From an uncultured Phycisphaerales bacterium (GTDB taxonomy: Bacteria > Planctomycetota > Phycisphaerae > Tepidisphaerales > Tepidisphaeraceae): DNA of 64,000 nt. Made by a program: the position numbers and the translations under genes. The stretch covers positions 4,576,001 through 4,640,000 of the forward strand of contig CAVWVQ010000003.1 in the NCBI GenBank assembly GCA_963758525.1, written 5' to 3'. A model generated the notes under the pieces. The model was given only the letters and a program-made list of their open reading frames with translations. It made no database searches and had not been told where the DNA came from. Positions 33,081 to 40,013 of this stretch are shown piece by piece (the stretch's first letter is position 1; each line of letters opens with the position of its first letter).

Positions 33081-34427
33081 ATGCATACCACAGAGCAACT
33101 CAGAAACCTCGATCGGCAATACCTCTGGCACCCGTTCACCCATATGAAGCAATGGCTCGCGGAGGAGCCGCTGGTCATCACCGATGCCGACGGTTGCTAT
33201 TTGATCGACAGCGACGGCAACCGGTATCTGGACGGCGTCAGCAGTCTCTGGTGTAACGTGCACGGCCATCGCGTCCCGGAAATAGACGCCGCGATTCGAG
33301 GCCAGTTGGACAAAGTCGCTCATTCCACCATGCTTGGCCTGGCGAGCGAGCCGGCGATCCGTCTGGGCGAGCGATTGATGCAGATTGTCCCGCGATCGCT
33401 GAAGAAGGTCTTTTATAGCGACAGCGGGGCGACGGCAACGGAAGTCGCGTTCAAGCTTGCCGCCCAGTACTGGTTCAACATCGGGCGGAAGGAAAAGTGC
33501 GAGTTCGTCGGCTTTTCCGAGGGATACCACGGAGACACGGTGGGGGCCATGTCCGTGGGACGGATGCCCGCGTTTCATGCGCCGCATTTTCCGATGTTGT
33601 TCCCCGCTCATTTTTGCCCTTCGCCATACGTCTTTCGCAGCCAAACCCCTGACGACCCGCAGGCCGTGAAACGATCGTCTCTCGACGCGCTCAAGCAATT
33701 GCTGGAGACGCGCGGCCAGCACATCGCCGCCGTATGCATCGAGCCGACCGTCCAGGGCGCCGGCGGAATCATCGTCCATCCCGAAGGGTTTTTGCGCGAG
33801 GTCCGGCAGCTCACTTCCGCCCACGACGTCCTGCTGATCGCCGATGAGGTTGCCACCGGCTTCGGGAGAACCGGACGCATGTTTGCGTGCGAGCATGAGG
33901 ACGTGGAGCCGGATTTGATGTGTGCCGCCAAGGGAATCAGCGGCGGTTATCTCCCCCTGGCGGCGACATTCGCCAGTCAGCGGATCTTCGAAGCATTTCT
34001 GGGCGAGCCGTGGGAAGGCAAAACTTTTTTCCACGGGCACACGTACACCGGCAATCCGCTGGCGTGCGCCGCCGCGCTGGCGTCGCTCGATTTATTTGAG
34101 AAGAACCAGCTTGTCGCCCGGGTCGCGAATAGCGCGTTGTCGCGTTTGCTGGATAAGTTCCATGAGTTGCCGTGGGTTGGAGAAGTGCGTCAAAAGGGGT
34201 TCATGGTGGGGATTGAACTCGTTGCCGACCGCGAACGGCGCGAGGCGTTTGACCCGCGCAAACGCATCGGCGCGCTGATTTGCTCCCGCCTTCGCCGCCG
34301 TGGCGTGATCATTCGTCCGCTGGGCGATGTGCTCGTTCTCATGCCCCCGCTTGCGATCACCGAGGAGCAGCTTCAGACGCTGGTCGATGCGGTGTTCGCG
34401 GAGCTGGCGGACTTTCATGATTATTAA
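33081..34427 (+). CDS. bioA: Adenosylmethionine-8-amino-7-oxononanoate aminotransferase
   Basis: LWHPFT, DGVSSLWCNVHGH, YHGDT, DEVATGFGRTG, AKGISGGYLPL, HGHTYTGNPL. Confidence 0.95.
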   Translation: MHTTEQLRNLDRQYLWHPFTHMKQWLAEEPLVITDADGCYLIDSDGNRYLDGVSSLWCNVHGHRVPEIDAAIRGQLDKVAHSTMLGLASEPAIRLGERLMQIVPRSLKKVFYSDSGATATEVAFKLAAQYWFNIGRKEKCEFVGFSEGYHGDTVGAMSVGRMPAFHAPHFPMLFPAHFCPSPYVFRSQTPDDPQAVKRSSLDALKQLLETRGQHIAAVCIEPTVQGAGGIIVHPEGFLREVRQLTSAHDVLLIADEVATGFGRTGRMFACEHEDVEPDLMCAAKGISGGYLPLAATFASQRIFEAFLGEPWEGKTFFHGHTYTGNPLACAAALASLDLFEKNQLVARVANSALSRLLDKFHELPWVGEVRQKGFMVGIELVADRERREAFDPRKRIGALICSRLRRRGVIIRPLGDVLVLMPPLAITEEQLQTLVDAVFAELADFHDY

Positions 34428-34533
34428 TTGAGAGAGGCAGCGCGATTCGCGACCAGAAATAAAGAGTCGATCAGGCGCAAGGCGCGAAGACAGACACGAA
34501 GGGCGGAAAGTCGGTTCGTCTTCTTTCTCGCGT

Positions 34534-35490
34534 TCAAATCGAAGTGGACGACGGTATCGACATATCAACCGGCTTCATGAAATCGGTGCTGCCGCGGCGG
34601 ATTTTGAGGGTTTCAAAGTCGAGCTCGCTGTTAATTTCAGCGCCGATCAGCAGCACCAGGGCATCGATGTAAAAAAAGAGCATAAGAATGGCGACTCCGC
34701 CGAGGGTGCCGTAGGTCTTCTCATATCCTTTGCCGCCGATGCGGTCGACGTAGAAGCGGAACGCCATTGCCAGAATCACCCAGACGACCACGCTGAAGAC
34801 CGCGCCGGGGGAGAGCCAGCGGAACGGGTGACGGATCGCCGGGCCTTTGTAATAGATGATCGAGAGGAGGGTCATCATGAACAGGAGGGAGAGTGCCCAG
34901 CGCGCAATATCAAACGCGATGATCGGGAGCGAAAGGCGCGTGGCATAGTCGATGTGAATCACCCATAGCTTGATGGCACTTCCGATGGGAAGCAGACACG
35001 CGACCAGCAGCAGAAGAATGATGACGATGATCGTGAGGAGAAGCGCCAGCGGTCGTTGGATGTAAAAGGGTCTGCCGCGTTCGACTTCGTAGCACCGATC
35101 GAGCGCGGACATAGTCATCGCCACGCCGCTGCTGGCAGCCCAGAGCGCCACGCCCAGGCCGATGTAAAGAAGCTTGCCGCGCGGCTGATAGAGGAGGCTC
35201 AGATAGTTGTCGTTGATATTGTGCCAGATCATGTCGGCAGACTCGGGGATCATCTGCCTGAGCTGGGCATGAATCTCAGATCTGGCCCGGGCCTTGGCGT
35301 AATTCGGCAGGTAGGGGAGCAGCGTCAGCAGGAAGATGAAGAATGGAAAGATGGCAAACAGCCACGAATAGGCCAGCGCCGCGGCCCAGGTCAGCAGATT
35401 GTCTTTCATTGTTTCATCGGCTACCCGCTTCAGGAAGCGGTACCAGCCGATACTCTTGACGACGCGCGGAAAATCGGAGAGCCGGGCCAT
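34534..35490 (-). CDS. YihY/BrkB family membrane protein
   Basis: AAALAYSWLFAIFP, LSPGA, YEKTYGTLGGVAILM...LLIGAEINS. Confidence 0.92.
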   Translation of the reverse strand: MARLSDFPRVVKSIGWYRFLKRVADETMKDNLLTWAAALAYSWLFAIFPFFIFLLTLLPYLPNYAKARARSEIHAQLRQMIPESADMIWHNINDNYLSLLYQPRGKLLYIGLGVALWAASSGVAMTMSALDRCYEVERGRPFYIQRPLALLLTIIVIILLLLVACLLPIGSAIKLWVIHIDYATRLSLPIIAFDIARWALSLLFMMTLLSIIYYKGPAIRHPFRWLSPGAVFSVVVWVILAMAFRFYVDRIGGKGYEKTYGTLGGVAILMLFFYIDALVLLIGAEINSELDFETLKIRRGSTDFMKPVDMSIPSSTSI

Positions 35491-35543
35491 TGGGGCATTG
35501 TTTTCAACGTGCTGCGTTTGTCCATGACGCGGCCCACCTCTCC

Positions 35544-35859
35544 CTAGCCCCGCTCCGCGGCCGCGAAACGCAGAAGATTCGGCAGGAGTCGATCGGCGGC
35601 GGGATCGACGCCGAGGTTTTCAAGGATTTGCAATGCATTGAGCACGATGCTGCCGGCTCCGTGGTCGTGGACGGACAGCAGCACGCCGGAGCGGTATTCA
35701 TCGGGATGAATCCGGCAGAGGTGGGCCGCGCAGATGATCTGTCCGCCGGCGTCGACGTCGACAAAACCGGTGAGCGGAAGCAACCGGGCGAAGATGCGGT
35801 CGTCGAGGAGGCCTTGTGCGCCCAGGCCGTCGAGAATCGGGTGGTTGATTCCCCACGCG
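35544..35859 (-). repeat. 316-bp direct repeat, copy A: orphan 3' end of the GH2 gene
   Basis: Matches 49103-49418 at offset 13559 with about 6 mismatches counted by eye. Confidence 0.95.
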
Positions 35860-36420
35860 GCAGCACCGCCGACGGATTGGCGTTGAGAATCGCCCGGCCG
35901 CTGCTGTCGTACTCGGTAAACGTGCCCCACATCTGGCCGGTGGTGGTGTCCATAGCAGCCCGTGGTTAAAGTCCCGCGCTATCCGATGCGCCGCGGATTC
36001 GGGCCGGGATCGAGGCGTCGAGACGCAGCAGTATTGCAGCTAAATACGGGGAAGTCTCGACAACGAAGAGCCCGGCCCGAAGTCGCAAGCAGCGGCCGCG
36101 CGACTTTAACCACGGGCTGCCAAAGACCGAAAGCATCAACTGGCCGTTGGAGTTGTAGTAGCTGATGTTCTGATTGCCGTCCGGCTGTGTTTCGACGGTT
36201 TTGTTCTGCCAGCTGTTGACTCCGGGGGCATTGCCGCTGACGGAGTAGCTTTCGGTGTAACTTCCCTGCCCGCCAGTGCAGGCGGAGCAGCCTTCGCCTT
36301 GCAGCGTCCGGCTCACCACCTGATCGGCCGAGTTATACCCCAGCGCGATGTCGGCATACGGCGCGATCTGGGCATCGGTCAGCGAATCGAGCGAAGTCGT
36401 CGGATACGCGGCCACGATGC
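35860..36420 (-). pseudogene. Internal fragment of an RHS/YD-type gene, interrupted by a 168-bp element
   Basis: ...QIAPYADIALGYNSADQVVSRTLQGEGCSACTGGQGSYTESY...KTVETQPDGNQNISYYNSNGQLMLSVF|MDTTTGQMWGTFTEYDSSGRAILNANPSAV; both halves are in the same frame. Confidence 0.65.
35954..36121. mobile_element. 168-bp MITE/REPIN-like insertion with terminal inverted repeats
   Basis: GCAGCCCGTGGTTAAAGTC ... GACTTTAACCACGGGCTGC; excision restores GTC TTT ATG GAC in frame; a second right half lies at ~36427-36494. Confidence 0.8.
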
Positions 36421-36689
36421 GGGCCAGCCTCGATAACGAAGAGCCCCCCCGAGGACACAAGCAACGGCCGCGCGACTTTAACCACGGGCTGCCAGGGGGC
36501 ATACAGCCGCTTTACAATCCGGGATAACGCGAGTGACCGCTGGGCGGTCAACCCTTGTTTGTCGCTCGGAATCAGCCGTTCGCTTTACACGACTTTACAG
36601 AATTTTACGTGTTCGAGCGGTGCGTAAATAACAAGAAACCGCTTTCGTTACGACAATAAACAGATACGTTTCCCCGCCGATTCGGTGCT

Positions 36690-36855
36690 GGAATTCATCC
36701 GGCAGTTGCCGCGGTTGAGCACATGGAATACGTGATTGTCCGCCGAACATCTTGTACGCCGCGGCATTGCCGCAGATTATCCCGAGAAATGGCCACCGTC
36801 AATAAGTACGAGTGTCCCCCTTCGCGTTTTTCGAGTGTCCCCCTTCGCGTTTTTC
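36690..36855 (-). pseudogene. 5' remnant of an HUH/Y1 (RAYT-like) transposase with its upstream terminal motif
   Basis: ATG at 36767: MPRRTRCSADNHVFHVLNRGNCRM; upstream AATAAGTA(CGAGTGTCCCCCTTCGCGTTTTT)x2. Confidence 0.75.
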
Positions 36856-37042
36856 GCCGGTGCAGGCGGAGCAGCCTTCGCCCTGCAGCGTCCGGCTCAC
36901 CACCGGCAGCGTGAGGACGCAAATGTCGAATGTATGTTTTTGAAAAAGTCGACGCCTCCCCTGACAGATCCCGTATACGAAGGCAAGTTCAGTGGCTGGT
37001 TTTGAGGCGCCCGGTGACACTTGGCAATCCCCGTGTAGCCCC

Positions 37043-37624
37043 CTACGGCCCCGATTTTCCAAAATCAGGGTCCGCCGTCTCAACTGTGATGACTGCGACA
37101 GGTGATACAACTTCTCCAGACTCCAAGATCTTTTCGATCGGTGGTCCGTCAAACTTTGGGACATTGCGAGAAACCCGGAATCGGTAGCTCCCTACCAAGG
37201 TCATATCCCACTCACGACTAATGTCGAGTTTATACTCGCGCCAGTCGCCCGGCCGTAGCTCGGGAAAACCAGTTGCCGTATCAAGCGCAATGCCTCCATC
37301 CTCTAGAAAGTGCCCGAAAGCTGTTCTATGTACAGGCTCGTCGTCGCGCCACATTTGCACTTGAAAATCCGACATCGCCCCAGTCTCCTTAAATGACAGC
37401 GGTCGCGCCGATACATTCTGAATTCTCACGCGGACAAGAACCTGTGAACCCGCCTGAGCGCCGCTTGGCGGGAAGATCATCAATTTAAAACCGTCGCCGA
37501 CGGCCTCCTCTGGTCCAGATGCGGCCAGGCCGCCGGTTCTTTTCTCACGTGAGCAGCCGCCACTAACCAGGCAAGTCACCGTCATGATCGCGACAAGAAT
37601 CAAGGATTCTCTAAATACGAACAT
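37043..37624 (-). CDS. Putative lipoprotein with a beta-rich domain; candidate partner/immunity protein
   Basis: Signal ending SGGC; RIQNVSARPLSF...LRPGDWREYKLDISREWDMTLVGSY; lower GC than the backbone. Confidence 0.7.
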   Translation of the reverse strand: MFVFRESLILVAIMTVTCLVSGGCSREKRTGGLAASGPEEAVGDGFKLMIFPPSGAQAGSQVLVRVRIQNVSARPLSFKETGAMSDFQVQMWRDDEPVHRTAFGHFLEDGGIALDTATGFPELRPGDWREYKLDISREWDMTLVGSYRFRVSRNVPKFDGPPIEKILESGEVVSPVAVITVETADPDFGKSGP

Positions 37625-37677
37625 CTTTAACCTCCGGACTCGCCGGCGCTACAAAACATCACAAAAAGTCACGTTCC

Positions 37678-37830
37678 CTAAAACTCAGTCGGCAGCGGTG
37701 TTACAGGTCCAGCTTCGTTGATAAAGAGGTTCCCATTACCTTGGGCAGAAAGCCAACTAGGCTCTGCCGTTGGCACCTCGCCCTTTGGGTTAACCGTCCA
37801 TTGAGGTACAGAATCCATCATCCAAGAAGC
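37678..37830 (-). pseudogene. Orphan C-terminal tip of an unknown protein
   Basis: Open frame ASWMMDSVPQWTVNPKGEVPTAEPSWLSAQGNGNLFINEAGPVTPLPTEF* begins at the transposase inverted repeat and ends 53 nt before the lipoprotein gene. Confidence 0.45.
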
Positions 37831-38587
37831 TGTTAAGGTGACATCCACCGTTTTTATCTGCGTTTTTCCGGCATCTTCGGCCTGCCTCTCGGATTCAGAG
37901 TGTACTGCAGCCCCATCCGGCCCGCCATTTTCAGGGTCCAGGGATCGCTTCCCAGCGGCCGGCCACGCTCGAAGCTAAGTGCCACCCGTTTCACGGCGGC
38001 CGGATCCATCGGCTCGTTCACCAGCGCCGTCCAGTTTCGCGGGCGGTCGATCGGCCAATCGTCGAGCAGTTGTCTCGCCAGCTCTTTCTGGCAGCCCAGG
38101 CTCGACCAGTGCCAGTCCTGCGCCCGCTCCACCATCTTCGCCCGCAATGGATTGGCTTCCACATAACGCAGCAGTGTCAGCAAATGCCCATCTTCCTGGA
38201 CAACGAAGCTCTTGTAGCGGCCCTGATAGAGATGGCCGCTGGTCCGCCGATAATGAGCACGGTACCGCTTCGCGTGCGTATTGGTCAGCCAGGAGAAGTA
38301 CCTCGCCAGGTCCTGATCCCGACGCGGCCGCACCACCATGTGCCAGTGGTTGGACATCAGGCAGAAGCCGAAGACTTCGATCTCGGCCTCTTCCTTGGCG
38401 TCGACCATCAGATCGCAAAACGCCAGGAAGTCTCCCGGCTTGCGGAAGATCTCCAGCCGGCCGTTGCCGCGATTGAGAACGTGGTAGACAAGACCGCCGA
38501 CAGCTGCGCGGGACGTGCGGGGCATAGTTGGATCATAACTACGGCAAAAAGTCTGTCGATCAAAGATGGATGTCACCTTAACAGCTT
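37827..38587. mobile_element. Y1-transposase unit bounded by a perfect 21-bp inverted repeat
   Basis: AAGCTGTTAAGGTGACATCCA (37827-37847) and TGGATGTCACCTTAACAGCTT (38567-38587). Confidence 0.82.
37854..38525 (-). CDS. HUH/Y1 tyrosine transposase, RAYT-like (IS200/IS605 superfamily), intact
   Basis: YHVLNRGN, FCLMSNHWH (HUH), HLYQGRYKS, RYVEANP (catalytic Tyr), WHWSS. Confidence 0.93.
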   Translation of the reverse strand: MPRTSRAAVGGLVYHVLNRGNGRLEIFRKPGDFLAFCDLMVDAKEEAEIEVFGFCLMSNHWHMVVRPRRDQDLARYFSWLTNTHAKRYRAHYRRTSGHLYQGRYKSFVVQEDGHLLTLLRYVEANPLRAKMVERAQDWHWSSLGCQKELARQLLDDWPIDRPRNWTALVNEPMDPAAVKRVALSFERGRPLGSDPWTLKMAGRMGLQYTLNPRGRPKMPEKRR

Positions 38588-38591
38588 TCCT

Positions 38592-38787
38592 AAGATCAGC
38601 GGCGGGAGCCGCAGCAGAAACGGCGCGGCGGCATGGGCGACGCTTTGCTCGCTGCTCCGCACGGCCGATCAGCAGGGCCAGAATCTGCTCGAGACGATCA
38701 AGGCGATGTTAATTGGAGCATGGGCCGCCAAGCGGCCGCCGACCATGCCGGCGGGGCCGTGACTGGAGCGGCACGCTAAACAGTTAC
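38592..38787 (+). mobile_element. IS66-family 3' remnant (transposase C-terminus plus right end)
   Basis: KISGGSRSRNGAAAWATLCSLLRTADQQGQN; end GCTAAACAGTTAC (IS66 GTAA/TTAC terminus). Confidence 0.72.
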
Positions 38788-38869
38788 CGGGGTTTACGGG
38801 CCATACCATCAGCTCAATCGGCAGGAAAGGCTGATGACCCCTTTCCTCACCCAGAAGCTGGCCTGACCC

Positions 38870-39056
38870 CCTTCGCATTTTCCGCTCGAAGGCGGCAAAG
38901 TCGCTGTCCCGGCGGAACATGACCATCCGTCCCACCGCGATTGAGCACATGGTAGACCAGACCGCCGGGAGCGACGCGAGGAGGGCGAGGCATGCTGAGA
39001 AAGGTAAATTCCGGAGCACCCCGTGTCAAAATAACTAGCTGCGTCCCCGTTTCAAT
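38870..39056 (-). pseudogene. Second 5' remnant of a RAYT-like transposase with its terminal motif
   Basis: ATG at 38993: MPRPPRVAPGGLVYHVLNR/..GRMVMFRRDSDFAAFE; upstream AACTAGCTGCGTCCCCGTTTC; truncated at GCTGGCCTGACCCCCTT. Confidence 0.8.
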
Positions 39057-39059
39057 TTT

Positions 39060-39268
39060 CTGCAAACGGCCAAGCTGCACGGAACGAACGCGATTCAATT
39101 CATGGTGAAGCTGCTGACCGAGCCGACAGAGAAGGCGATGGCCGCGCTGTTTGCCAGCGGCCCGTGAGCCTGCGGGCGCGGCCTTCCCCCAGAATTAAAA
39201 ACGACTCGAATTCGCCCCGACGAATCTCGATCTACGCCGTCACGCGTGCGCTGGGGCTAAACTGTTAC
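39060..39268 (+). mobile_element. Second IS66-family 3' remnant
   Basis: LQTAKLHGTNAIQFMVKLL...SGP*; end GGGGCTAAACTGTTAC. Confidence 0.62.
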
Positions 39269-39299
39269 CGGAAAATGACGGATGTCACGTTTGCAGCTT

Positions 39300-39415
39300 C
39301 CAAGTTTCTACAGAGAGGTTTCAGTAATGCTTCAGCTTTGCATGACATCCTCCTCTCGCGAGCTTAACTTGGCGCAATCCCGTTAGAATTTTCTGCGCGG
39401 CGGCTAAACTGTTAC
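39300..39415. mobile_element. Third IS66-type end, overlapping the stop codon of the 39404-39997 gene
   Basis: GGCTAAACTGTTAC at 39402-39415, same terminus as 39255-39268. Confidence 0.5.
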
Positions 39416-39997
39416 GCTGCCGGAATTTGTTTCTACCGGGCGTCCGCACTCGGAACAGCGGATCGGATTGCCTCGGAGATCGTAACCGCAATTCCTGCAG
39501 CGACCTTCCACCGATCTGTGACGTTTGAACGCCCGGACAAGCAGCAATAGCGTGACGGCGACGAGAAAAGCTTCGGGCCACCAGAGCGATAGCCTTAATA
39601 GACAGACTGAACCTCGAACGTTCATATACGAGAATCCCAAGAACGAAAAATTTGTTCCGTTCCGCGCCGAGTATTTTGGAGCTGGGCGCCAGCCGCCTAA
39701 GGTTCGAGGACGCGTCCACGCAATTATTATGTTCCCCTCTGCGACGGCAAGGTCCTGGGGGCCTTCCACCGAGTAGGACCATGCCGATGAACCGGTCCAA
39801 TCAGACCCGATGAAGAGCAGCGCCTCACGGTTGGAGGTGAATAAGCCGAGTTTCTCATCCCCCGACATCGTCATGCTGAGCATGTCTGTCACAAAGGCGC
39901 CTCGGATAATTTCGAAGGACAAAAGCACGAGTAGGCAGATCAGTAAAACCAACGCTGCCATAGCTCGAACAGAAGTTCCTTGTCGCAAACGCGTCAT
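39404..39997 (-). CDS. Two-TM membrane protein with a C-terminal Zn-ribbon; candidate partner/immunity protein
   Basis: Two hydrophobic helices; CRNCGYDLRGNPIRCSECG; starts 16 nt after the giant gene's stop; low GC. Confidence 0.75.
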   Translation of the reverse strand: MTRLRQGTSVRAMAALVLLICLLVLLSFEIIRGAFVTDMLSMTMSGDEKLGLFTSNREALLFIGSDWTGSSAWSYSVEGPQDLAVAEGNIIIAWTRPRTLGGWRPAPKYSARNGTNFSFLGFSYMNVRGSVCLLRLSLWWPEAFLVAVTLLLLVRAFKRHRSVEGRCRNCGYDLRGNPIRCSECGRPVETNSGSVTV

Positions 39998-40013
39998 CGG
40001 CCAATTCTCGGCG

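Noticed and set aside
35544..35859. DGR template/variable repeat pair with 49103-49418
   Set aside because: Only about 6 mismatches, not concentrated in AAY codons, and no RT; better explained as an island boundary
36900..40000. Classical integron cassette array
   Set aside because: No IntI tyrosine recombinase and no recognisable attC (RYYYAAC...GTTRRRY) sites
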